A DNA stretch of 32,000 bases from Alkanindiges illinoisensis DSM 15370 (GCF_000619845.1 NZ_KK211037.1:292979-324978), one strand, 5' to 3'; shown: positions 1 through 9,459, counted from the first letter of the stretch. Numbers and translations are program-made. Notes: a model not told the origin generated them from the letters alone.

Positions 1-161
1 AAGGCCAAACAATTATTATGCATCCCTGTGATGGTAGTAATCGTAGCTGTATTTATGTAGCGTGGGGTAAAACAACCATTGCTAGTGATGACGTCTCCAG
101 TTGTATGAGTTCAGGGACTTATGTACCTGATGCCCAATGTATTGTTATGGAGGCATTTTAA
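1..161 (+). CDS. 3' end of an upstream ORF, probably minor pilin PilV (5' part outside window)
   Basis: Frame 3 is open from the window edge to TAA at 159-161 (...CDGSNRSCIYVAWGKTTIASDDVSSCMSSGTYVPDAQCIVMEAF*). The stop sits 1 nt before the pilW ATG (TAAAATG). It is called PilV only from its position directly upstream of pilW-pilX-pilY1, the fimU-pilVWXY1E order known from Pseudomonas/Acinetobacter. No N-terminal pilin motif is visible in the window. Confidence 0.4.
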   Translation, partial: GQTIIMHPCDGSNRSCIYVAWGKTTIASDDVSSCMSSGTYVPDAQCIVMEAF

Positions 162-162
162 A

Positions 163-1128
163 ATGAAACTGCCTTTACAGCATGGTTTTACATTAGTTGA
201 ACTAATGATTTCTATTGTTCTGGGACTGATGGTGACCGCAGCAGCAACTCAGTTATTTATTACAGGACAACGTAGTATGGCTTTACAGCAGGGTGCTGCC
301 AGTTTGCAAAACAGTGGTAGTTTTGGTCTGGAATACATTTTAAGAGATGTACGGCTAGCAAATCTAGGCGCGGCTACACCAGTTATTGACCCTGCAGTGC
401 TTCATGGCGGATTGGTTTTAAGTCATTCAAATTTAAGCAGTGTGCCAGTAGCAGATTTTACAATTAATGGATCAGAAAGTACTAATTCACTCATGACAGT
501 AGGGGAAGTAGGTCTATCTAACTTAAAAGATCAAAAAAGTGATCAATTAGTAATTCAATATAAAAACACAGTAGGTAATCAGTATGATTGTGAAGGACAC
601 ACTATTGCAGCGAATGCTTATGTAGTTCAGCGCTATTTTATAAGAAAAGATAGTAATACTAATAATGATCCTAATGAACCCTTAGCATTGGCTTGTAAAG
701 CCACTTCTTATACAGGTGATGCTAATACAGCTTTAACTGATTTAGGTGGAAATGGGGAAATTATTATTCCGCGTGTTGACCATATGCATATTTTACTAGG
801 TGTGGCACAAGATACATTAGATGAAAGTGTATTACCAAGTAAAGCCGGACAAGATGGTGTGTTGGATCGTTTTGGCTATATCAACATTAATGATTATCTT
901 GATCTTGCTAGTAAGCCACAAATCGTTTCCATTAAGCTTGGTTTATTGGTGCGTTCATCTGATACAGTAGGTAACCATGGTTTAACCAAAGCGGATAAAC
1001 AATATAAGATTTATGATATTGATCAGCCGCTAATAGACGATGCAAAAAATAATTTATATGTTAGAGAAGTGGTAACTCAAACAATTGCTTTGCGTAATGG
1101 ATTTGGACTGAAGGAGGAAGGAAAATGA
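163..1128 (+). CDS. pilW: Type IV pilus minor pilin PilW
   Basis: Lies in ORF 121..1128. I place the start at ATG 163 because GGAGG (149-153) is 9 nt upstream. This start gives the leader MKLPLQHG followed by FTLVELMISIVLGLMVTAAATQLF, the prepilin-peptidase motif G|FTLxE plus hydrophobic helix. Size (~320 aa) and position before pilX/pilY1 fit PilW. Confidence 0.85.
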   Translation: MKLPLQHGFTLVELMISIVLGLMVTAAATQLFITGQRSMALQQGAASLQNSGSFGLEYILRDVRLANLGAATPVIDPAVLHGGLVLSHSNLSSVPVADFTINGSESTNSLMTVGEVGLSNLKDQKSDQLVIQYKNTVGNQYDCEGHTIAANAYVVQRYFIRKDSNTNNDPNEPLALACKATSYTGDANTALTDLGGNGEIIIPRVDHMHILLGVAQDTLDESVLPSKAGQDGVLDRFGYININDYLDLASKPQIVSIKLGLLVRSSDTVGNHGLTKADKQYKIYDIDQPLIDDAKNNLYVREVVTQTIALRNGFGLKEEGK

Positions 1129-1877
1129 ATCAATCTATTCCTTCCAATGCCCAAAAAGGTGCAACTCTCATTGTAGTACTTGTTCTTTTGGTGGTTATTA
1201 CTATTGTAGGAACATGGGCTATACGTGGCAGTATGACATCATTAAATATTGCCACTAATGCCCAAGCACAAGCTTTATTACAGCAGGCTTCTGACGCGGT
1301 ATTTTTTAGCCTTGAAAATCAAACATCCAACGATTTGACCTTAACCCAGATGCAAATTGGTGATGGTATGCTGGCTTATGTTTTGCGTCCGGAAAATAAA
1401 GGCAAAGAGCTGGTGTTTTGTATTCGCGGTAATGAAGCAAATAGTTTAGAAGGTAGTCGTAACGCCAGTGTAGTGTATTGGGATGGCACAGCAATTAAAA
1501 ACACTGAGCAGGGCACCACTGGGTTTTGTAAATTAAGTCGCACAGCAGATTTTATTAGTAAACGTGCAGCAGTAGTGACTCGCGTGGCGATACGTCCTGC
1601 AAATGCAGGGAAAGATTGGGAGCATATGCTTGAGGGCGATGATCCATTAATGTCAAAAACAAATCAGATTCAAAAGGTAATTGTAAGCGTTACTTCACTG
1701 ATACCCAATTTAAGCAGTTCATCAACTGCAGATATTAATACATGTCTGACGAATTACACTAGTTTTGTTGATCCTGTTGCAGGCAATAAAACAGTAACAG
1801 ACTGTTTGGCAGAAGAGAATGTGCCATATAGTTCTCAGGAAATGGAATATACCTTGAAACCTGTAAGTGCATCATAA
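1125..1877 (+). CDS. pilX: Type IV pilus minor pilin PilX
   Basis: ATGA overlap with the pilW stop (1125-1128). The N-terminus QKGATLIVVLVLLVVITIVGTWAIRGS resembles the QRGxxLxVxL hydrophobic N-terminal segment of PilX proteins. Position between pilW and pilY1 also fits. Confidence 0.8.
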   Translation: MNQSIPSNAQKGATLIVVLVLLVVITIVGTWAIRGSMTSLNIATNAQAQALLQQASDAVFFSLENQTSNDLTLTQMQIGDGMLAYVLRPENKGKELVFCIRGNEANSLEGSRNASVVYWDGTAIKNTEQGTTGFCKLSRTADFISKRAAVVTRVAIRPANAGKDWEHMLEGDDPLMSKTNQIQKVIVSVTSLIPNLSSSSTADINTCLTNYTSFVDPVAGNKTVTDCLAEENVPYSSQEMEYTLKPVSAS

Positions 1878-1887
1878 AGGAGAGTCA

Positions 1888-4800
1888 ATGATGAAAAAAT
1901 TAAGACTGAATTTTAAAGATGCACTGGATTATAAGGAGCACATGATGCGTGCCAAGCAAAAATTTAAAGCAGCGAGTATTGGTTTTGCTGTAACAGCTAT
2001 AATTTGCGCAGGTATACCAACAACTTATGCCAGCGATATTGAAATTTATAAAGTACCCGAGGATGCTGTTGGCAATACGACGTTAATGATGATGCTAGAC
2101 TTGTCAGGAAGTATGGGCTGGGGAGAGGGCTATACAATATGGAATAATAATCAAAATAAGTATGTGCCATATACTTCTATGAGTGTTCAAGAGGATTATG
2201 GTGTTTGTTCAGGAACAAATACAGGAATACTACCAGATACCGCGACTACAAGTTATTACACACGATATTATTGTCCTGTAACAGCAGTGGTAGCAGCAAG
2301 CAATTCAAAAGTTACAGATACTAAAACTGGTTGTGAGAAGCAAACTGACAATTCTTATCGTTGTTATGATCGTTTAACTCGCTTAAAGGACGGTTTACGA
2401 CAGACATTATTAGGAACACAAACTGTCCCTAAAATTGATGATAAAATTATTGTAGGACTATCCACTTTTGCAGGAAATAATGGTTATGTTCGAGTGCCAG
2501 CCAGAGCCTTAGGTACAGTTTTAAACTCAACCACAATTCAAGAACCCTATACAGAAACTGAAACATATACAGAGCAAGAGCCCTACACAGAAACTGAAAC
2601 ATATACAGAGCAAGAACCATATGTAGTTCAAGAAGCATGTGTTGTAAATCAAGAGCAGACCTTTAATAAACCCCGTTGGAGAATGATACAAACAAGGAGT
2701 TTTTTTAGTTCATCTACAAAATATCAAACGTGTAATGGCGGATGGACTGCTGATTATGTATGTAAAGGATGGAGTGGCGAATCAACTTCTAAACCTACAG
2801 GTTTTCCTGGAACAACTCTCAGTAATGAATATGAGGGATGTGGATTCTTGTGGTCAACTTGTAAAACAGAATATTATGAAGTTATAAAAGAACCAAGACC
2901 TGTTAATACAACGTGTCCTGTTACAAAATATCGTGACGTAACGAGAACTCGGCAAGTAACCAAATATAGAGAGGTTACAAAAACTCGAATAGTAACAAAA
3001 TATCGGGATAAAGTTATTAATACGACTCAAAGAGATTTATTATTAACCACTTTAAAAGACCTCAATGCAAATGGGGGTACACCAACACCTTATGCTTATG
3101 CAGAAGCAGCAGCATATTTAATGGGAACGAATACTAATGTTAGTGATTATAATATTAGGTATTATCAAAGTTTAGGAAATAGACAGACGAATGGAACAAG
3201 CAATTATCCTTGCAAGTCTCCCTTAAACCCAACTAATAGCTATAGAACATATAAAAAACCGGATGGTTCGCCAATAATAATACGCTGGTGTGAAGACAGC
3301 AATAAAAGTTGGACACCACCAGCGGGCTCTACAAGCTTGGTTTATGATTTTACAAATAATGCCAATAGAGAACTATTTTATGCTGCTAATGATCCTAGAT
3401 CGTCTACAGCATCAGATGGCGCTACTTATTCAGGCTGGACAAGTTCACAACAAATTGATAATGGCACAAACTCAATTACTGGCTCAACAAATTATGTTGC
3501 ACCAACTTCTATTGCTGGTCAAAAGGATAATGCTGCACAACGTGAGTGTAGTGGACAGGGCATTTATTTCTTAACAGATGGTCAACCTGAGCCTAATGGC
3601 TGGGCTGTAGGTGATGATGGTACGAGTGGAACAGCTTATGCTCTTATGAGACAATCATTAGGAGACAAGAGTAGTCTATTTACTTGTAATAGTAGCCCCT
3701 TAGGTAGCCGTACAGGATATTCAAATCTGAATAATAGCTGGGCATGTATTGGGAAGTATGCGCAGGCATTACTTGCTCCAGCTAAAAATCCAGCAGGTGT
3801 AAAAGTTAAGACAGCCGTTGTGGGGTTTGGTAGTAGTTTTGGTGGAGGAACTACAGCCAGTGATGACGTAGAAGATGCAAAAACATGGGGTACAATTGGA
3901 GAAGGAGGGTGGATTGCTGGCTCAAAACCCGAAGATGTATCAAATAGCATTAATAAATTTGTTGGTGATCTAATTAAAGATATACCTAGTATGAGTACTG
4001 GTTCATCAACCATTCCTGTAGATGCCTTAAATCCTGCAGCAGTACAGCCGTATTCTTATTTTCCACAGTTTGAACCAAAAGTTAATCCTGCAGATAAACA
4101 GCAAATCTGGTTTGGTAACTTGAAAAAATACTATGTTCTAAATAGCAGTGTTTATGCAGGTGAAACAGCTAGTGACAACAATCTTGTCGTTAAAAAAAGT
4201 AAATTGCAGGATCTGGCAGATATCTGGGCGAAAGGAGGCATTGATTATCCAGCAAGTACGCCTATTTTTAAGAAAGGCGGTGCATTAAGTCGGTTACCAT
4301 TAGGCACAGGAACAAATGCAGAAGGCCAAACTACCACTGCTAGAAACCTGCTTACTGATTATAGTTATGACGGTACAAAGGCTGAAAGCGAGCGAGTAAC
4401 TCGTGATTTTGATTTGGTAAAAATAAATTATACCTATACTTCAAATGATAAGACCAAAACAGATACCACCTATGCCAGCGCATTAATGAGCTTGCTGGGT
4501 TACAATATTTCCAGTGATACCAATACTAATGGTTTGGATTTAAGCACGCAAACTGCAGAAGTGCGGCAAATGGGCAGTATCATGCACTCTAATCCTGTGC
4601 TACTAACGCAGGAAGGTAAGGCAACTGCAACAAAAGATAGCACGACAGGTAAGATCAGTGTAGGTAGTACAGGTCGTGAAGATTATGTGCTGTTTGGAAC
4701 AACCCAAGGTTTAGTACAAGTAGTTGATGCCACTACAGGGGTAGAGAAATTTGCCTTTGTGCCTAAAGAAATTATTGAGCGTCAATCAGAAACTTTTAAA

Positions 4801-6396
4801 AACGGTGGTGGTAACCTCGCTGGTGGTAAAGAAGCACTTTATTACGGCATTGATGGTGAATGGACTGCACATACTGTTTATGTGACCAAAGCTAATGGTA
4901 CATTAACAGTTAAAGGTACTGCTAGGGATGCTGATAGCGAAGAAAAGGAAAACCTAAGTGGTAAACAATGGGTTTATGGAGGCATGCGCATGGGTGGACG
5001 TAGTTATTATGCGCTTGACCTAACCGATATTAATAACCCTAAAATCAAATTTCATATTGATCCTTCAACCAGTAAGGTTTACAACAAGGATAATCCTTCA
5101 GGAACTACCTTTACTGCACTTGCTAAAATGGGTCAAAGCTGGTCTAAACCTACTCTGGGGTATGTCAACTGGAAAGGTAAGCGTAAACTAGTGATGTTTG
5201 TTGGTGGTGGTTATGATGCTGGTGGAGTTCATGGTGATGGGCTTTATGCTGAGGGCATTCGCACTGGTTACGCTGGTTATGAAACCTATAATTATAATCA
5301 AGATAATAAAATTGGCGCTGGCGTATACATGTTTGATGCTGATAGCGGAGACTTACTCTGGAATGCCGACTCAGATAGCAATAGCGAGTTAAAATATAGT
5401 GTAGCCAGTCAAATTCGGGCTATAGACCGAAATAATGATGGTATGATTGATCATGTGTATTTTGGTGATCTTGCTGGACAGGCGTTTCGTGTTGATTTTA
5501 AAAATGATGGAAGCAAAACGGCCTTTACAACACAGACTACTAGAATTTTAAACTTACATCAAACAGATGGTACCAGTCCACGTTTTTATACTTTACCTGT
5601 GTTTACAGCACATTATAGCGCTGGTAGTGAAAAAATTTATGGCGGAAATATTGTCTTGGTAACATTTGTTTCTGGTAACAAAAGCTCACCTTTACTAGCA
5701 ACTAGCGATTCACCTCAAAAGAAAGATCCAAGTGGCCTACAGTATGATGGAGCTTATGCGATATATGATTATGATGTATATCCAAGCACCAGTGAAGGAC
5801 GTTATCCAAGTAGTAATATGGCAGCCAGAACACTAGCTGCAACAACTGCTACTGATCCTTCAGCAACTCAATTGAGATATATTAATGATGCAACGACAAC
5901 CACTACTATTGATAAAACTAGTGGTTGGGGAGGTTGGTATTATCTCTTTAATAAAAAATTCGATGATAGTAATGGAAGCGCAAGTATTATTAAGGCGTTA
6001 ACCAATCCTATTGCATTAGAAGGCAGTTTGTATGTTACTCAGTTTGATGCTTCAAACAATGGTACTACTTCGAGCTGCGGTGCTGGCGTAAAAGGACATA
6101 GCTTTGCCCAACGCTTATGTTTGCCAACAGGTGTTTGTAAAGAAGATGCCAACTATAGATATAATTTAGGTTCTGGCATTGTGACCCTTAATGTAGGGGG
6201 CGGTACAGACAACGATGTTTATAAGCGAAGTTTAGTGGTTCCAGATCCTAATGATATTTGTACAGGGCCAAATTGTAAGCCTTGTAAGGGTAATGATTGT
6301 GTTACTGGTAAAAACTTTCTGAATACGGGTGGTGCATTGAAGCTTATTCCTAATCGATGGTACGAAAAATATGCAAGACAGGAGCCTAGCTCATGA
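1888..6396 (+). CDS. pilY1: PilY1/PilC/ComC-type pilus tip adhesin with N-terminal vWA domain (about 1480-1500 aa)
   Basis: vWA MIDAS motif DLSGS at 2098-2112, plus later vWA elements (IVGLSTF, GGTPTPYAYAEAAAY, IYFLTDGQPE, VVGFG). The C-terminal PilY1-type region carries a Ca-binding-type loop DRNNDGMID (5425-5451) followed by YFGDLAGQAFRVD. Signal peptide AASIGFAVTAIICAGIPTTYA|SD. The start is uncertain: ATG 1888 follows AAGGAG at 1877-1882, while ATG 1942/1945 follows a second AAGGAG at 1933-1938 and gives a normal-length signal peptide. The GTG at 1867 used by the ORF track overlaps the pilX stop and is less likely. Confidence 0.9.
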   Translation: MMKKLRLNFKDALDYKEHMMRAKQKFKAASIGFAVTAIICAGIPTTYASDIEIYKVPEDAVGNTTLMMMLDLSGSMGWGEGYTIWNNNQNKYVPYTSMSVQEDYGVCSGTNTGILPDTATTSYYTRYYCPVTAVVAASNSKVTDTKTGCEKQTDNSYRCYDRLTRLKDGLRQTLLGTQTVPKIDDKIIVGLSTFAGNNGYVRVPARALGTVLNSTTIQEPYTETETYTEQEPYTETETYTEQEPYVVQEACVVNQEQTFNKPRWRMIQTRSFFSSSTKYQTCNGGWTADYVCKGWSGESTSKPTGFPGTTLSNEYEGCGFLWSTCKTEYYEVIKEPRPVNTTCPVTKYRDVTRTRQVTKYREVTKTRIVTKYRDKVINTTQRDLLLTTLKDLNANGGTPTPYAYAEAAAYLMGTNTNVSDYNIRYYQSLGNRQTNGTSNYPCKSPLNPTNSYRTYKKPDGSPIIIRWCEDSNKSWTPPAGSTSLVYDFTNNANRELFYAANDPRSSTASDGATYSGWTSSQQIDNGTNSITGSTNYVAPTSIAGQKDNAAQRECSGQGIYFLTDGQPEPNGWAVGDDGTSGTAYALMRQSLGDKSSLFTCNSSPLGSRTGYSNLNNSWACIGKYAQALLAPAKNPAGVKVKTAVVGFGSSFGGGTTASDDVEDAKTWGTIGEGGWIAGSKPEDVSNSINKFVGDLIKDIPSMSTGSSTIPVDALNPAAVQPYSYFPQFEPKVNPADKQQIWFGNLKKYYVLNSSVYAGETASDNNLVVKKSKLQDLADIWAKGGIDYPASTPIFKKGGALSRLPLGTGTNAEGQTTTARNLLTDYSYDGTKAESERVTRDFDLVKINYTYTSNDKTKTDTTYASALMSLLGYNISSDTNTNGLDLSTQTAEVRQMGSIMHSNPVLLTQEGKATATKDSTTGKISVGSTGREDYVLFGTTQGLVQVVDATTGVEKFAFVPKEIIERQSETFKNGGGNLAGGKEALYYGIDGEWTAHTVYVTKANGTLTVKGTARDADSEEKENLSGKQWVYGGMRMGGRSYYALDLTDINNPKIKFHIDPSTSKVYNKDNPSGTTFTALAKMGQSWSKPTLGYVNWKGKRKLVMFVGGGYDAGGVHGDGLYAEGIRTGYAGYETYNYNQDNKIGAGVYMFDADSGDLLWNADSDSNSELKYSVASQIRAIDRNNDGMIDHVYFGDLAGQAFRVDFKNDGSKTAFTTQTTRILNLHQTDGTSPRFYTLPVFTAHYSAGSEKIYGGNIVLVTFVSGNKSSPLLATSDSPQKKDPSGLQYDGAYAIYDYDVYPSTSEGRYPSSNMAARTLAATTATDPSATQLRYINDATTTTTIDKTSGWGGWYYLFNKKFDDSNGSASIIKALTNPIALEGSLYVTQFDASNNGTTSSCGAGVKGHSFAQRLCLPTGVCKEDANYRYNLGSGIVTLNVGGGTDNDVYKRSLVVPDPNDICTGPNCKPCKGNDCVTGKNFLNTGGALKLIPNRWYEKYARQEPSS
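2542..2622 (+). repeat. In-frame 36-bp tandem repeat (2 full units + 9 bp) inside pilY1, encoding EPYTETETYTEQ
   Basis: Unit 1 (2542-2577) is gaaccctatacagaaactgaaacatatacagagcaa. Unit 2 (2578-2613) is gagccctacacagaaactgaaacatatacagagcaa, with 2 synonymous differences. A partial third unit gaaccatat occupies 2614-2622. Confidence 0.9.
2920..3015 (+). repeat. Degenerate 36-bp (12-aa) basic repeat inside pilY1: VTKYRDVTRTRQ / VTKYREVTKTRI / VTKYRDKV
   Basis: Read directly from the translation and the DNA. The units are conserved at protein level but use different codons (e.g. cgt/aga/cgg for the Arg after Tyr), so this is an old, protein-selected repeat rather than a recent duplication. Confidence 0.8.
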
Positions 6397-6926
6397 ATCG
6401 AATGAATAAAGGTTTTACGCTCATTGAGTTAATGATAGTTGTGATGATTGTTGCCATTTTGGCAGCAATCGCCATACCAACCTATGCAGAATATGGAAGA
6501 AGAGCCGCCAAGTCAGCTGCTCAACAAGAAATGCTTAAACTGGCTGAACAGCTGGAAAGACATAAAGGAAAAAATTTTAGCTATAAAGGTTTTGATCCAT
6601 CATATTTATACTCTTATATAGATGATAATGGCAGCCCGGCAAACTATTATGATGAATCCCATGGCACTTTAGAATTGCCGTTAGGGAGTACTACCAATAA
6701 GAAATACACCCTGACTTTAGTGGATTTGTTTAAAAAAAAGCCATTATCTTCATCAACTGACAATATTTTAGGGCAAAGCTGGGCAATTAAAGCTATACCT
6801 GAAGATTTAAAAAATGATGCCATGCTATTAACAAGCACCGGCATTAATTGTGAAATTAAAGCAACAGAGTCGTTAACCAAATTAAATGACTATGAAAGTT
6901 GCAAGGATGATAGTGATGATGAATAG
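6393..6926 (+). CDS. Type IV pilin-like protein (PilE/ComE-like minor pilin), copy 1
   Basis: ATGA overlap with the pilY1 stop. Leader MNRMNKG|[24 protein letters not shown] is a canonical prepilin motif. A C-terminal Cys pair ([19 protein letters not shown]) is typical of a pilin disulfide loop. Confidence 0.8.
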   Translation: MNRMNKGFTLIELMIVVMIVAILAAIAIPTYAEYGRRAAKSAAQQEMLKLAEQLERHKGKNFSYKGFDPSYLYSYIDDNGSPANYYDESHGTLELPLGSTTNKKYTLTLVDLFKKKPLSSSTDNILGQSWAIKAIPEDLKNDAMLLTSTGINCEIKATESLTKLNDYESCKDDSDDE

Positions 6927-7365
6927 CCAGAGTGAACGAGGCTTTACGCTTATAGAGCTTATGATTGTGGTTGCGATTATTGGTATTCTGGCTGCTATTG
7001 CTTACCCATCTTATACCCAATATAAAATAAGAACTCAACGGACTGATGCGCAAAGCGAAATGCTTTATATTGCTCAGCGTATGCAAAGTTATCGTGCTGC
7101 AAACGGTAACTTTGCAGGTGCAACTGTATCTACAGTATATGGTGGTGGAGATACCACCCCTAAACAAGGGACAGCGTTATATAATTTGGCGTTTAGTCCA
7201 TCCCCAGCCACCGCCAATAGTTGGACATTGATTGCGACGCCTATAACAGGAACCCAGCAAGCAGGTGATGGAGTCATTTGTCTTAATAATCAGGGTCAAA
7301 AATTTTGGACTACAGCCGCCACAGCTTGTAGTTTATCTGCCACTTCAGACTGGTCAGGTCGCTAA
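6916..7365 (+). CDS. pilE: Type IV pilin-like protein PilE/ComF-like, copy 2
   Basis: Lies in ORF 6886..7365. The likely start is ATG 6916 or 6919 (AAGGA at 6903-6907), giving MMNSQSERG|[37 protein letters not shown], which closely resembles PilE N-termini. C-terminal Cys pair ([19 protein letters not shown]). It overlaps the previous gene by about 11 nt. Confidence 0.75.
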   Translation: MMNSQSERGFTLIELMIVVAIIGILAAIAYPSYTQYKIRTQRTDAQSEMLYIAQRMQSYRAANGNFAGATVSTVYGGGDTTPKQGTALYNLAFSPSPATANSWTLIATPITGTQQAGDGVICLNNQGQKFWTTAATACSLSATSDWSGR

Positions 7366-7499
7366 ATATTTTTCTCCCTTGATTAAAATTCTTTTAATTT
7401 GAAAATAGATCAAGTAAAATACCGCCCTCTTGAAAGGGGTCTAAAGCGTATCCGGTGGTCGGGTGCAGAGCAGATCCGTAAGAATCATAAAGGTGTATC

Positions 7500-7757
7500 A
7501 TGGTTGTAATTCGTTTAGCCCGTGGCGGTGCAAAAAAGCGTCCATTCTATCAAATCGTTGTAACTGATAGCCGCAATGCCCGTGATGGTCGTTTCATTGA
7601 GCGTATTGGTTTTTATAACCCGACTGCTCAAGGTAATGCTGAAAAAATTCGTTTGAATACTGAGCGTTATAATCACTGGGTTGGTACTGGTGCACAACCT
7701 TCTGACCGCGTTGCTGCAATTGCTGCTCAAAGCGCTAAAGCACAGCCTGCTGTTTAA
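7500..7757 (+). CDS. rpsP: 30S ribosomal protein S16
   Basis: [41 protein letters not shown] is the unmistakable S16 N-terminus. AAAGGTG lies 5 nt upstream of the ATG. Confidence 0.97.
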   Translation: MVVIRLARGGAKKRPFYQIVVTDSRNARDGRFIERIGFYNPTAQGNAEKIRLNTERYNHWVGTGAQPSDRVAAIAAQSAKAQPAV

Positions 7758-7778
7758 TTTTTAATAGACTTTTAAGCC

Positions 7779-8327
7779 ATGAATACTACCTTGCAGCCGC
7801 CTGCTGACCGCATTCAAATTGGTCAGTTGCGTGCCGCTTATGGTATTCAGGGCTGGCTATGGGTGTATTCTCATACGGATCCCATGGCCAATCTGTTTAA
7901 TTACCTGCCGTGGTGGATTGAAACCTCCACTGGCTGGAAAACGTTAGATGTCAAGCGCTGGCGTACTCAGGGTAAGGGACTGGTTGTTTCATTAAAGGAT
8001 GTTTCAGACCGCAATGCTGCTGAGCAGTTATCGGGTGTTAACATTTGGATATCCAAATCCCAACTACCCAAACCTGGCCTGGATGAGTTCTACTGGGCTG
8101 ATCTGGTAGGCCTGACTGTACTAGGTACTGATGACGCCGGTGAACCCGTGAATCTGGGCCAAATTGCCGAGCTGTTTGAAACCGGTGCCAATGATGTAAT
8201 GGTGGTACGCGCTACAGCTGAGAGTATTGATGGCGAAGAACGCATGATTCCGTGGCACGCAGATGTAGTGCAGAATGTGGATCTGGAAGCACGGCAGATG
8301 CGGGTAAACTGGGGCGCCGATTACTAA
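7779..8327 (+). CDS. rimM: 16S rRNA processing protein RimM
   Basis: IQIGQLRAAYGIQGWLWVYSHTDP followed by a PRC-barrel-like C-terminus. Canonical position between rpsP and trmD. Confidence 0.92.
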   Translation: MNTTLQPPADRIQIGQLRAAYGIQGWLWVYSHTDPMANLFNYLPWWIETSTGWKTLDVKRWRTQGKGLVVSLKDVSDRNAAEQLSGVNIWISKSQLPKPGLDEFYWADLVGLTVLGTDDAGEPVNLGQIAELFETGANDVMVVRATAESIDGEERMIPWHADVVQNVDLEARQMRVNWGADY

Positions 8328-8399
8328 CTCTCAGGCACGCACTGTTAATTCAATAGTGTTAAGCGAGATTCAGTTTAATCAGTAAGGGGTAATGTTGCG

Positions 8400-9170
8400 A
8401 TGTGGCTTGCAGTCATTACTTTATTTCCTGATATGTTTCATGCCATTACTGAATCTGGTATTACCGGGCGTGCCATTAAGCGAAATCAGGTTGAGTTTCG
8501 TTGTATCAATCCCCGGGATTTTACGACAGACAATTATCACCGGGTGGATGATCGTCCATTTGGTGGTGGGCCGGGCATGGTGATGCTGGCTGAGCCTTTG
8601 GAAAAAGCCATATTGCATGCCAAAGCATTGGCTTTAAGCGCAGGTTATTCTAGAGTTCCCGTGGTGTATATGTCGCCACAGGGCACCACGCTGAATGAAG
8701 CAGGGGTTAAGCAGCTAGTTGAACATGATGGCCTGATTGTATTGTGCGGCCGTTATGAAGGCATTGATGAGCGCATTATTGAGCAGTATGTTGATCAGGA
8801 ATGGTCAATTGGCGATTATGTACTCACTGGTGGCGAGCTGCCTGCCATGGTGATGCTGGATAGTATGATTCGCCGCTTGCCTGATGTGATGTCGGATAAT
8901 CAGTCGGCAGAGCAGGATTCGTTTGTGGATGGCTTGCTGGATTGTCCGCATTATACCAAGCCTGATATATTTAATGGTGTTGCTGTTCCGGCAGTGTTAA
9001 AAACTGGCCATCATTTAAATATTGAAAAATGGCGTTTTTTGCAGCGCTACCAGCGTACCAAAACACGTCGACCTGAATTGCTTGCCAGTGTTCAACTCAC
9101 ACGGCAGCAGAAGAAATGGCTCAAAGATGATGTGGACACTGCTTTATCTGATAGTGTTAAAAAGTCGTAG
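8400..9170 (+). CDS. trmD: tRNA (guanine37-N1)-methyltransferase TrmD
   Basis: [16 protein letters not shown]...[13 protein letters not shown]...[12 protein letters not shown]...[16 protein letters not shown] are TrmD signature segments. Confidence 0.96.
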   Translation: MWLAVITLFPDMFHAITESGITGRAIKRNQVEFRCINPRDFTTDNYHRVDDRPFGGGPGMVMLAEPLEKAILHAKALALSAGYSRVPVVYMSPQGTTLNEAGVKQLVEHDGLIVLCGRYEGIDERIIEQYVDQEWSIGDYVLTGGELPAMVMLDSMIRRLPDVMSDNQSAEQDSFVDGLLDCPHYTKPDIFNGVAVPAVLKTGHHLNIEKWRFLQRYQRTKTRRPELLASVQLTRQQKKWLKDDVDTALSDSVKKS

Positions 9171-9459
9171 ATTTTGTTCTTGTAACGAGATGAAGTCCTT
9201 GCGCAGCAATACTGCTCATACTTTATCGCTTTAGAAAAACCTGGTTTTTCTCTTGTGGCGCGGCATCGATTATTAATCGCTGCTGATCGCGCCTCATCCC
9301 CAGCCGAGGATTAATCGGTTATTTGTAAAGCGCCTTTGATCCATAGTGATATGGTTTAAAGGTAAACCATAACGGGAGATATGCGCTTTAGCCTCTGTCC
9401 CCAGTGCGTCAGACCTGCTTTTTTAATTCAGGTTGACCACATTGTTAGGAGTATCCACC

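Noticed and set aside
2542-2622. The 36-bp direct repeats, considered as a possible CRISPR array or mobile-element end.
   Set aside because: There are only 2.25 contiguous copies with no spacers. They are in frame inside pilY1 and encode a sensible peptide repeat.
3636-4013. A 125-aa - strand ORF inside pilY1, and similar internal ORFs (2447..2638, 3290..3574, 5198..5392).
   Set aside because: They are embedded in the continuous 1500-codon pilY1 frame, have no RBS, and give biased Leu/Met/Ile-rich translations produced by the AT-rich antisense or shifted frames.
9022-9234. A 70-aa + strand ORF overlapping the trmD 3' end and running into the spacer.
   Set aside because: It is out of frame with trmD over most of its length, has no RBS, and gives an Arg/Cys/Ser-rich translation. 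The spacer is better explained as RNA structure.
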